Assembly: GCA_905178155.1 (NCBI GenBank) | Contig: CAJINV010000001.1 | Location: 9,073,865-9,137,864 of the forward strand | Length of the DNA: 64,000 nucleotides | From: Amoebophrya sp. A120 | Lineage: Eukaryota; Protista; Dinoflagellata | Direction of reading: 5' to 3' | Shown: in pieces, positions 24,742-35,334 of the stretch | Layout of the letters: the number at the start of each line of letters is the position of its first letter | Numbering within the stretch: position 1 is the stretch's first letter | Made by a program: the position numbers and the translations under genes | The notes under the pieces: generated by a model | The model's database searches: none | Told to the model about the DNA's origin: nothing | The model's input: only the letters and a program-made list of their open reading frames with translations

Positions 24742-27700
24742 TAAATTCACATTCCTGGCGCAATTCACCCAACGAGCGAAAGCGCGCGGAAACGATGATA
24801 ATCGAAGGCAGTGCTGACGCGCGCTGCAGTCCTCGTCGCGGGACGCCCTGCGACGGTCACACTGGCGAGCAAGAAGAGAACCCGGCCGGCACAGCGAGCT
24901 ACAAGTAGCAAGCCGCGCGAGCCAAGCTCTCAAACCCCACAGAGCCACGCCCCGGACGTGAAGGTGGGCCAAGCCGTGGAACACGACATGGCCCACCGAA
25001 CATCTTCCCCAAATGTGACTCAACGGGGCGGCCTGGCTCTGTCGGTGCAGAGATCCAGGCGCGCGGGGCTGTGTTGTAGCTAGGTAGCGAGCACGTGGGA
25101 AACGCGCCGGGGTAGGGCACCGCCGTGGAGCCCGGAACCCGGGCGACGCAGCGGGGTCTTGCTCCCAATCGTGACTAAGTTCCGGGAAGTTCCCGCGGGT
25201 ATGTGATCTAGCGGACGCAGCACATCGCGCTGCGACCTGTCTGAGACGCCAGGATTGGCGCTCCAAATGTAAAAAGGCAAATCAAGCGTCCCCAGGTACG
25301 CTGGATGAATCGAACGACTCTGGCTCGTGGAGCAGCAGAGAAATCCGAAACAGGAGAAGGACCTGCTAAAACTGCACCACAGCTCCTCGCCCCCACACCA
25401 ACCACTGAACCCCTCGACTGCGCTAATCACCTGCAGGCAATCAACGCCGGCGGACCGACGTCGAGGGGCGAAGGACGGAGCAACGACGCCGATAGGCTAA
25501 CGCGCTCAGCTCTCCTTCCAAGTCAGCACCCCTGATACCAAAGCACAAGCGACTCAGAGACATCCACATCGTGGACAAAACCAAGCGCCGGCGCAATGGC
25601 TACGACAAGGTATTTGCAAACCCCGAAGAGATGCAGCAACAATGTCGTGGACGCCCAACCCCGACCCAGCACCCGCAGGCGACATCATCGACGTCGCATG
25701 TGGTGCACACCAACGAATACTTGCAGCCTAGCCATGCGACTCAACAACATAACCGCCGCGCCTGCGGGGCTGTGCCTGTGGAGTTGCGCGTCCAGGTGCT
25801 GGGAGGTGTGGTGGGGAGAACGAAGCCTTCATCTCACCGGCACAGCCATCGGCTGTGCCGGCGTCTGTGCAACAGCAAGTCGCTTAGTAATAGTCAGCCC
25901 ATCGGGCGCCCCCCTGCCATCGGCGAGGGGGGTATGCGGGCGCGGGGTGCCCCTTGTTCGTGGGTGTTTGTCAGCGTTAGCGTGATGCTGTGCGTGTACA
26001 GTGTGTTACTCTGGCCCCGGCCAGTGACAACGTCACTGACCTCGCGGGCATCGCCCTAAATGGATACCAGTAGCCTTGGCCTTCGGTGGGGCTCTTCAGT
26101 AGGGGATTCCTGTCAAAGTGAAGCGCGGCGCCCCTGCTCGCGCGGCTTCATCAATGACAGGCGAGCGGCCCGCGTCCGTTTGGACGTCTGGTGGTGGTGC
26201 TACATTGCGCCTTACGATGCTAAGCGCAAAAGCACGAACCGCCCGCGACACACAGAGCGGCAGGCCACAGCTGTAATCAGCTGTGCTGTTGACCGTTGCG
26301 TGTTGCCGAATAAAGCGGCGCCAGCCATAGGCTAAGCTGCCGCCGGACGTATGCCTTTTTCGGCGTGAAGAGGCGCAGGCACTGCATCGCAGCGGCTGCA
26401 CCTCTCCACTCCCCGAGCAGTGGGACTCGCGAGAACCGCGAGCCGTCATCGACTTCTTCAAACCACCACCCGAAGATAGCCTGAAAAACAGCTGAAGCAC
26501 GCGAACTCTTTGCACTGTAAGAGCCGCGCATCGGCCATCTTCCCACCAAGACATCCTCCCCGGTCAGAAGGATATCCCAGCGCCCGGCTGAGCCGGGCTA
26601 CATGCACGCGGCAGTGTGCACGCCGTCTACTATGTCCTGCTCATGGCTTGAGCAGTTCAATGGCGACGGAACCGCCGGAGCTCTTTCCTTGTCGTACATC
26701 GCAATGATCCACGCTAAGGATCGGCGATGCCGGAAACGACAAGGCGGAACTGCGAAGCAGAACCAGAGCGAAGGCCTGAAGCGTACAAGTACGCCTCGCT
26801 TTCTCATCGAGACACTCCTCCGTAAACTATCCACTCTCCGAGAACCGAAGAGCTGAAAAAACGCCGAGTCCAGGCAAGCCCGGACGAAGCGGAGATTCTA
26901 GATAGAGGACAGAGAACCAGCGGAAGCTGGTCGACATCGGGCAGCCAGCCCGACGTCGGAGTGTGCAACCCTCTTGCTTGATCATGTAAATTGATATAAC
27001 TGCTACGCACGACATATTGCAATGTAAAATCAAAATTGAAGTTTAAGTAGATCACTGTAGCCGGGGCGAACTGCGTATTTTTGTGTGCTTATCCTGTCGT
27101 GTTTGAATGAAGAGAAGAAGAGGAACGAAAGTAGACCCTAACTAGAGCGGGCGCGGCGCGCGAGTGGATACTTCTGCCCACGGGGTCCCATACGGCGAAG
27201 GCAGGAGCGCCCCCGACCTAGGGGCGCTGGATCCTGCCACCGCATGGGTGCTCCCCTAGCTGGCAATAGGTCGATCGGTCAACACCCGTGGGCACCGGTT
27301 CACTGTTAACCGACTTGCGCAGCTAGCGTATACCACGTCCTAATCCTAAACCTAACAAAATACGATAGTGCCTATGCTAGATAGCTAGTTATTTCTGGTT
27401 AGTCACCTCAAAAATATAATGAAAAACAGCATGAATAATGAAAAGCATGAAGAAAGAGCCTGATTATAATTTCCTTTTTGAACTTTCATCCTTTGGATCT
27501 TCCGATCTCAGGACCTTATTATGATTGTGCATGGGGAAGAACTCAGCATAAGAAAGCGCAACTTGTAATGCATTTTTGTGATGCTGCTTTCGAGAATTGG
27601 CATTTATCCAAGAACAAAACCGGATCATGCGAGAACCAAGATTTTTGCAATACAAATTTGTGTGTGAACGTGCGAGAAAGCTCATTTATGCAACACAAAT

Positions 27701-27747
27701 ATATTTACGACTGAACATCGGTTTTGTCCAAAGCACATCACTTCAGA
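24742..27747. mobile_element. Putative degenerate ~3.0-kb insertion flanked by a 15-bp direct repeat
   Basis: AGAATTAGTATTATA at 24727-24741 and 27748-27762; most of the interior (to ~27340) is GC-rich with no long ORF; no TIR, LTR or poly-A seen. Confidence 0.45.
27175..27294 (-). other. Strongly structured element (nested stems plus loop pseudoknot)
   Basis: Stems 27175-27184/27285-27294 (10 bp), 27187-27195/27240-27248, 27200-27206/27232-27238 and 27207-27213/27221-27227; loop CGACCTA (27214-27220) is complementary to TAGGTCG (27267-27273). Confidence 0.55.
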
Positions 27748-28938
27748 AGAATTAGTATTATACATCCTTATAGTTTACAACATAAAAGTACAAAACTACA
27801 AACATAGACAGCTTCTACTACGAATTAAATGAAAAAGAAGATGAAGGTAAAAGTAAAACCACAACTCTCACAGTTAAATTACGCGGCCGCGATTGGACTC
27901 TCCTAGTAATCAAAATCAATGTGCGACAAAGAAACCAATTCGGTATCAAAATAAACAGTACTTAAATCACAAGCAGTACTGGTCTAAGCAGGAGTCTCAC
28001 TAAACGTAATACGTTCGACCTATAGGTTGCCAACAAGCTTCGCGAGTTTCCGTTGGAGCACCCGCTACTGTGAGGGATTGAGAAAATGCGGCATCTTGTG
28101 TTTTCAACAATTTAAGTACGACAATTGTAGGTCCATTTGATGCTGAGCTTCCCCGTTACAACTTTCATTTTGCTTACAGATCTGCTAGATCCGACAGCTT
28201 CGCGTGACATTTTGATCAAACCAAGTAATTTCTCCTGATGGAACTTTTAGATTTCAAAAAGCACGAGTTTTGCACAGAACTTCGATTGGATCGTCTATTT
28301 TTCCATTTCCATGCTGGGCTTGACCATGATTTCGTAGGCACGATTTCTGCACGAGTTTTTGGAATCACGTTGTGTTCTCGCCGGCCAAAACTTTTCCGAT
28401 TTACCGACTCCTCTCCGCGACCGAAATAGAAGTAAAACAAGTAATTACACTTCGTTTTGCCGCGGCTCCGCGTGTTGCTCTGGTCCACTTCTTTCACTTA
28501 TCTTTTTTTTTCTCACTCTAGTTACTTCCAAGCTTCAATAATTCGAGCATTGTACACAGTTCTTTGAGCATCAAAATCATGCGGATTTAGGCAAAACCAC
28601 GTGGAAAAAAAAGACAAAACAACTCAATGTCATTCTCCACAGCTGCAGAAAGAGCCGCACTAGAAATGCTCAGCTTCCGCGCAATTTTTTATGATGTTGA
28701 ATTGAGTTTACTGTGTGACTGTGACTCTATGTGCGTATGTTATTTTTCGGCATGCACTAGCTAAGACGAGTAACACGATGTCGATTCACTTATGAAATGT
28801 ATGATGTCGATAATAAACTCCGTCAGGACTACTTTTTCGTTCGCCATCGGACGCGGGATGTTCTTGTGCATCACATTTCTAAAAAATATTGCGTGTTAAT
28901 CCTACAACTTTTCCACGCATGCTTCGCAGCTATCGGAC

Positions 28939-31900
28939 CTACTTATCCTCCGCTGGCGGCCCCAGGCTCCAAGAGAAAAATTCGTCTGGCATGAAGCTTC
29001 TGTAGGGACTGGCCAGGAAGTCGGGTTCGTAGGTGCCGACGTTGTAGACCCAGTACCCGCCGAAGTCCAGTTTGTCCGGGTTTTCCAGGACTTCCGGGTA
29101 GTCGGGCGTGAGGAACATTTCGCGGTACCAATCTTCCCCCCGTCCGAGGTTCTTGGTTTCCATGAACTTCTGGACGTCTTCCACTACGTTCGCGTGGCGC
29201 AGCGTGACGCGCTTCAGCATGCGCTCGAACGCCGGGTGCTCGAAATTGTGCTTGTATTCCACCATGTACCGCCACGCGGCCTTGGGCAAGGGCACCAGGT
29301 AAAACGTCTTCGGGCCGACGCCGCCCAGCGTCCAAAAGGGGCCCGCGATGAGGTCGCGCCGCAGCCTGATGTGCGGTGTCCACGTGTCAATCGGGGAGAG
29401 GTGGTCGCCTCCCGCCTTCATTTTCCAACACAGCCGGTGGTACGCCGAGCTCCGCCCTCTTTGCGGCGGTGGCACTTGCACCGGCTCGTTGCATTTCTCC
29501 TCGCCCAGATTCTCCTTTGCGCTTCGAAGCGCAGTCTCACGTTTTTCGCCCCCAAAACCGGCCGGCGAGAATAATTGCCACTCCAGCATTTCGTCCCGCG
29601 GCCCTTCCCGCAGCGTCCCCGTGCCGAACGCCGCTCCGGCGGCGGTCAGGCCCGCGTCCGTCGGGTTGTCCGCGCGCCGGATGCGGTACCCGACGGCCAC
29701 GGTCGGCGGAAAGACTCCGGTCGGCAGAAAGGCGAATGTCGCCGTGTCCAGCATCGCATCGCCGTGGACCTTTGTGACGACGTTCCGGACTTCCTCCGCG
29801 CGGGCGGCCTGCAGCAGGCGCTGCTTTTGGTAGTAGCTCAAAGAGTGATCGCGCGCAAGCTCCTGCTCCGCGGCGGAACTGCTCACGCCGGAAAAAATAT
29901 GCCGGTGCAGCCCGCTCTGCAGAGTGGGATTCCCGGAGTGCGCGGCGTCGCGGAAAAAGGTGCCGCGCTTCTTTCGAAACACGTCGGCGAAGAACCTCTG
30001 TAAGCTTCTGCCGTCCCCCATGCGCACCCGGTTCGCGAACCGCGGGTCCACGCAGGTAAGCGCTCTCGCCAACGTCGTGTCCCACAGCACATTCTTTTGC
30101 ACCGCGTTCAAAGTGCGCTCCACGAGCTCCACGGCAAACGGGAACCTTACCTGCTCGTCCCCGATCTGCTGCAGAAACGGGGCCTCCTCGAGGTCCATGC
30201 GGTGACTGATGAGCCGCTGCGCCATCTGGAGCCCGCCCAGATTCCGGATCAGCACCGCCACGTCTCCGGCGTCCTGCTCCTCCTGTGCGGCTTCCGTAGC
30301 CGCGTCCGTCGGGTTGCGGCCTGAATTTTTTTCCGCTTGCATCTTATCAACCAGCGGGTACACCCCCGCGAGGCCCGCGTACCCCGCGGCCTTTTCCAGA
30401 TCGTACTGCAGCACCTTGGTCGCTTTCCCGCTCACCCGAGCCGCGTCGCACCAGTACGGGGACTGCAGCTTGTTCCTGCTTTCCGCATGGCTCAAGAAGG
30501 AACTTCTGCCACCCGGTGGCTTCGCGGGAGCAGCGGCGCATTTGGCCTCGTACAGTTTCACTGCCTTGTACGTCTTTTGGACCCACTCTTCCCAATCCTT
30601 CTGTCCGCTGCCAAAATCGCCACTGAGTTTTGTGTCGGACACTACGCCCGTCGGGTACTGGGCCAACTCGAAAGAGGAAATGGACGGGTCCGCGGCCTTC
30701 TGTTGGTAAATCTCGGTCAGCGTTGTATACGGATCGGGAGGCTTCTTGGCGGTGACAGGCCCGCCGGGGCCGGGGCCGTGGCTACCACCTCTGTTGTTTG
30801 CGTCGTCCCCTCCTTTAGGTGCGAGCACGCAAAAGTAGTACACGAGCCCGATCGACCCCGCGACAAGGAGCAGCAGCAAGCCGCCGGCAACCCACCAAAA
30901 TAGCGGCGATCGTGTGCAACTGTCGTCGTCCTGCCCCTCCCTGCGGTCGAGTTCGTCGAGCTTGGCCTGGAGCTTGACGGCCATTTCCATCGTCATAGCC
31001 TTTCCCGCAGGCTCCGTCAAAATTGCAAATTCCCGTTCTTCTAGCGGGATCGTTGTACTGTTCGCGGTTGCGACTGTGGTCTCTACCGTCGGCGCGGAGG
31101 TGGAAGCGCTCGCAAGCAGTGGGTCTCTTTCGGTGCTGTCTTCCTCTTCTTCTCGGTGAAAGTACTTGTAGTCCAGCGGCTTCAGATTTTTCAAGTCTAT
31201 GTTCCACGACTTTTCTGCCTGGAGTTGCTTCTTTCTCGGATCTAGTTGCGGCCCCGACCTGGACTTCTGCCCCGTCCTCTGTGCAGCCTGATATTTTTCG
31301 TCCGCATCCGAGGCTTCCGAGGGGCTCGACAACTGCAGTGATGTCGCTTTAACGTGATCCGCGACTACGCGCTGGCACAGATTTTCGATCCGCAGCCGCA
31401 AGACGTCCTTCTCCGGCGGGACGGTGTCCGACGAAAATTGCAATTGCGCACTGTGCGCCGTGACGGCCTGGGACAGCGGGGGAACCAGAATGCTCGTCAC
31501 GAAACGGTCCAGCAAATCCAGCCCAAACGCGCAGGCCTGTTCCCGCGAGGGCGTTTGCGGACAGCAGACGGTAGGGATGCCGAAGGACTCCAAAACTTTT
31601 CCGACAGTGAGCGTGTGGCACCCGAGCAGCACGACCAAACTGGGCAGAGAATTTTCCGCGCCCTTGGACTCCACGAGCTCCCGCAGGAAGAGGTTCAGGT
31701 CCCGCGCCAGCACGGGCTCGCGGCTTCCCAGCTTCAACCCGCGGTTCAGAAACTCCTGGCCCTGGGTGTGGCCGAAGTAGTACCACACGTCGGGGCGGTC
31801 CGCGAGCACGCGGTCCTTCCAGTCGTGCCACGTGTACGCGGCATCGATGCGCACCTCGATCTCGGTGTCCCGTTCTTCGAACCACTGTCGCACGTCCTCC

Positions 31901-34050
31901 TCGTGGTGGTCCAGCAAAATGTCCCGACTCACGTTGTCACCGCGCTCCCCGTTCAACAGCAGAATTGTCGGCTCGCGCAGACGCACGGGCACAAGGCTGT
32001 TCGGTGTGCTGGTGGACACTGCGCCGCTAGTTGCATCTACTTCATCCGGGGAGGAGAATTTTGAATCTGCGCCGGAATAAGTCGAGAAAGAGGTTAATAT
32101 TGTCTCTCCCGGACTCACGTCAAGGCCTGCCTGCGCAAAGGCTTCTGGCAAGACGGAAAACGCCGCTTTCATCTCCAATTTCGCGGTCTCGTCGGACAAG
32201 CACCCCCCGAGCGCCTTGTTTACGCGGACGAGATACCCCTCCAGTGCCTCTTTCCCGTCCTCGAGAAACTGCCGCTTTTTGCCCACCAGCTGCTCCCGTG
32301 TAGTTTTCCCCCGACCTCCTCCCGCGTCGGAATCCAACGCCGTGCTCGCGCTGCTGGACGTTGCTTCCCCGCCGGTTGGGAGGTTCAACCGCTCCCGTGC
32401 GAGCGAAAGCGAAAGCAGACTCTCGTGCGTCAAACGGAGGCCCCCCGGCACTCCATCTTCCAGCAGAACGCGCCCGTGCAAGGGCGGCAGGTAGTATCGC
32501 GCGGAAATCAAAGCATTTGTCCCCGCGTCGTCGAAAACCACCTCCCAGTGCATCCGCGGGACGTACCGCTCGAATTTGGCGTAGCCCGGGCCCAAATGCT
32601 CGGCGACCCGGCCATCGGCTTCCAGCGCCTTTTGCACCAGAGACATGAGGAACATCATCCGCGCCCGGTCGGAGCAGACCTTTTCCTTCGTGATCGCGCC
32701 CAGAGCCGCCTTGTGCTGCTGTCGCAGCGCCGCCGCTTGTTCCTGGCACTTCCGGTTGCAGGTTCGCCCGCACACCGACAGCTTGTGTGCGTGTTTGGGT
32801 GTCGGCGTCGCCGGAAAGAGCAGCGCCGTCTTCAGGTCGGTGATCTTCGCAATTTCGCACCCGCGCTTTGCAAGGGCCGTCACGTCCACGCACCATTTGC
32901 TATTTGTTCTCGCCTCCTCTGCGTCGGCGCTGCTACCGCTCACGACCGAGTGTGTTCGTGACAGGGCCCCTCGCGGTTGCTGCGAGGCATGACCATGCGT
33001 GCTGCTGTGCGAGAAAAGCGGCAAAAAAGCCGTTGCAGCATTTACGACCGCAGGTTGGTTTTTTTCTTTCTCCGACAAGAGTCCCAATAGCGAATAAATC
33101 TCGTGGAGCACCGCGTCTGTAAACTCTGGTGTGGTAGAAACCAAGTCCTGGAGAATGGCAAGCTGTGCGACAAGACGAACCTTGACTTCTGTGGCTGCAG
33201 CTGTGGATGATCCTGCAGTCGCTTCTTCGATTCGGTGTGGCTGCGCCAACTTTAGATCCAGGATTTTTTTGTTACTCGCCTTCTCCACCGCAAACGCGAA
33301 CTCGAACAACGTGACACTCTCTCGTGACGTGACTGGCATCCTACTCTGGTCGTTCCCCCTTCCTCCTGCGGATGGCACTTCGTTCTGGAGACTCGTCCAC
33401 TCGAACCACCCGCGATCGAAGGTTGTGTCACTTTCCGCGAAGCGAATCACCACGGAGCCATCGCCAAAAGCTTCTTGTCCAGTACTATGCACATCAAAAA
33501 GGTTGGCGCCGAATTTGCGCAACTTCGGTAGCACGACGTGTGTCCTTATCTGCTCCAGGAGCGCCTGCTTTTCTATTGAGAATAAGGGCGCCGGTAAATT
33601 CCGAAAGCGCACCTGGACGGCTTTGAGCCCCTCCATCTCCCGGGTGGCAAGGCCGTGCTCGACGGCCATCGGAGGCAGTACGACATTGTTCGGGTTTAGA
33701 ATCGTGCGGGCGTCCTCGTCGCGCCGCGCCTGCAAAACCACCCGCACCAGGTGTTGTTGTCCGGAGCGTTGAAAATGTCTGTCGTCACTGCTGAGATCAT
33801 GACCCGGTAGAGGGCCAGCACCGTTCCAAACTGTCAAAGCTGGTTGAACGTGTACATCCTGCAAGGCGTTTTGACTCAGCGCGGTCATGTAGTTTGCGAT
33901 GACATGGTCGATCGGAATGATATCCGGGCTTCGCTGTTGCTGTTGCGTAGGAATAAACGCGCCATGGTAGGGACGCTGCTGACCGACTCCAGGGTCACCT
34001 CCCGGTTGTCGTCCCGCAGCTAAATGAGAATTGTTGTTGTTCATCGACAT
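28939..34050 (-). CDS. Large single-pass membrane protein with CHAT/caspase-like motifs, paralogue 2 (1,703 aa)
   Basis: Intronless ORF with identical blocks PDVWYYFGHTQGQEFLNRGLKLGS and LPSLVVLLGCHTLTVGKVLESFGIPTVCC; TM helix WWVAGGLLLLLVAGSIGLVYYF at ~30830-30900. Confidence 0.8.
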   Translation of the reverse strand: MSMNNNNSHLAAGRQPGGDPGVGQQRPYHGAFIPTQQQQRSPDIIPIDHVIANYMTALSQNALQDVHVQPALTVWNGAGPLPGHDLSSDDRHFQRSGQQHLVRVVLQARRDEDARTILNPNNVVLPPMAVEHGLATREMEGLKAVQVRFRNLPAPLFSIEKQALLEQIRTHVVLPKLRKFGANLFDVHSTGQEAFGDGSVVIRFAESDTTFDRGWFEWTSLQNEVPSAGGRGNDQSRMPVTSRESVTLFEFAFAVEKASNKKILDLKLAQPHRIEEATAGSSTAAATEVKVRLVAQLAILQDLVSTTPEFTDAVLHEIYSLLGLLSEKEKNQPAVVNAATAFLPLFSHSSTHGHASQQPRGALSRTHSVVSGSSADAEEARTNSKWCVDVTALAKRGCEIAKITDLKTALLFPATPTPKHAHKLSVCGRTCNRKCQEQAAALRQQHKAALGAITKEKVCSDRARMMFLMSLVQKALEADGRVAEHLGPGYAKFERYVPRMHWEVVFDDAGTNALISARYYLPPLHGRVLLEDGVPGGLRLTHESLLSLSLARERLNLPTGGEATSSSASTALDSDAGGGRGKTTREQLVGKKRQFLEDGKEALEGYLVRVNKALGGCLSDETAKLEMKAAFSVLPEAFAQAGLDVSPGETILTSFSTYSGADSKFSSPDEVDATSGAVSTSTPNSLVPVRLREPTILLLNGERGDNVSRDILLDHHEEDVRQWFEERDTEIEVRIDAAYTWHDWKDRVLADRPDVWYYFGHTQGQEFLNRGLKLGSREPVLARDLNLFLRELVESKGAENSLPSLVVLLGCHTLTVGKVLESFGIPTVCCPQTPSREQACAFGLDLLDRFVTSILVPPLSQAVTAHSAQLQFSSDTVPPEKDVLRLRIENLCQRVVADHVKATSLQLSSPSEASDADEKYQAAQRTGQKSRSGPQLDPRKKQLQAEKSWNIDLKNLKPLDYKYFHREEEEDSTERDPLLASASTSAPTVETTVATANSTTIPLEEREFAILTEPAGKAMTMEMAVKLQAKLDELDRREGQDDDSCTRSPLFWWVAGGLLLLLVAGSIGLVYYFCVLAPKGGDDANNRGGSHGPGPGGPVTAKKPPDPYTTLTEIYQQKAADPSISSFELAQYPTGVVSDTKLSGDFGSGQKDWEEWVQKTYKAVKLYEAKCAAAPAKPPGGRSSFLSHAESRNKLQSPYWCDAARVSGKATKVLQYDLEKAAGYAGLAGVYPLVDKMQAEKNSGRNPTDAATEAAQEEQDAGDVAVLIRNLGGLQMAQRLISHRMDLEEAPFLQQIGDEQVRFPFAVELVERTLNAVQKNVLWDTTLARALTCVDPRFANRVRMGDGRSLQRFFADVFRKKRGTFFRDAAHSGNPTLQSGLHRHIFSGVSSSAAEQELARDHSLSYYQKQRLLQAARAEEVRNVVTKVHGDAMLDTATFAFLPTGVFPPTVAVGYRIRRADNPTDAGLTAAGAAFGTGTLREGPRDEMLEWQLFSPAGFGGEKRETALRSAKENLGEEKCNEPVQVPPPQRGRSSAYHRLCWKMKAGGDHLSPIDTWTPHIRLRRDLIAGPFWTLGGVGPKTFYLVPLPKAAWRYMVEYKHNFEHPAFERMLKRVTLRHANVVEDVQKFMETKNLGRGEDWYREMFLTPDYPEVLENPDKLDFGGYWVYNVGTYEPDFLASPYRSFMPDEFFSWSLGPPAEDK

Positions 34051-35334
34051 GACAGACTAGATTACAACTACGTCGACGTCCTGAAAGGTATTTTCTTCCT
34101 TATGCAAGACCAACAAAAATCTATGTTATATTCCACTTCCGCATTCATTCCGTCACCGTCGCGACGGGCAATAAGATCAGTAAAAATCAAGTCGCAGAGG
34201 TCGTCAGTAAAGAAAAAAAGCCAATTCTTGACTTCTTTTATTACGGTGAAATGATAAAAGTTAACTTTGGCCTTGGTACTGCAAACGCAGTATTCGTGAC
34301 CGTGCTAAGTCATGGGCTAGCACTAGAAGAGGATGCTCCCTGGGTTTGAGTAGGTGCATGCAGCGAATTTTCCATTTCTTCAGGGCTCACAACACGCAGG
34401 TCAGGTCAGGTGAGACTGACTGACCGCAAGTATTTTTTTTGCATGCACCGGAGCTCGGAATGTGACCACCGATACTTTGCGCCACCGACGGAGGACCGAA
34501 AGCCTTATTGGCACATGATCTATGCCGTATATTTTTTTTCACTCCTGACCGGACAAATTTCCGTAGACCCGAAATATCGACAGATGTTGATCACGCGATC
34601 AGCTTCGTTCAGATTTCCACGAAGATATTTCCCTACCGATGATAATAGGTTCCGAATTCTTCTCGATGAACCATTTTTCTGCAGCAATGCGTTGTATGAT
34701 CAACCATACACATTTCGTCCTTCACAAATATGAGTGCATTTCCAACAAAAAAAATCGCCGGAAACAGATATTCCTGCCTAAAATCTGCCCGGCGAGGTGC
34801 CTTTGGTGGTCATTTCAACTGTACAATTTCTTCCCACTCCTAGCATGTTTGCACAAAACCTGTTATGTTTGACCCTGACGATAATTTTGATTCTGAACTT
34901 TCACACAAGCGAAGATTTCCTCTTCGCTGAGTCGATCATTCGAATTAGATTTTCAAGCCGAAAAAGGAAGCCTTCTTTTACAACAAATCATTTCACTGGT
35001 ATACTTATGTTGCACTTGAATCGGACTATGTCTTACACTAATAAAACTCATGCGGCCATCTTTCGTTCCTGTCATACGAAACCGTGAAACTACAAACCAA
35101 AACTCCTAAATCTATTCTACTGCCCATAAAAAAGAATTGTGCTTTATTGAGGATATTTTGCGATTGCGAATTCTCATCCGCATGCGCATTTTGTCACATC
35201 TTAAAACTTTGGCGAATTTCGCAAAACAAGCTGACTGACTGTAGTAGCCAAATTGATCAATAAATCGTAAACCGTAGATAATCTTCGTGTTCTTAAAGAA
35301 GCAATGGCATATGACGGAGAAACAAACATCACAC

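Noticed and set aside
25440-25510. NDADRL peptide resembling the RNase H C-terminal motif
   Set aside because: No other RNase H or RT motifs are recognisable in frame; too weak without a profile search.
27135-27356. Telomerase RNA hypothesis (ACCCTAAC near a pseudoknot) or a true telomere
   Set aside because: The template-like match is only 8 nt, G-U pairing favours the opposite strand, and the CCTAA repeats are few and degenerate.
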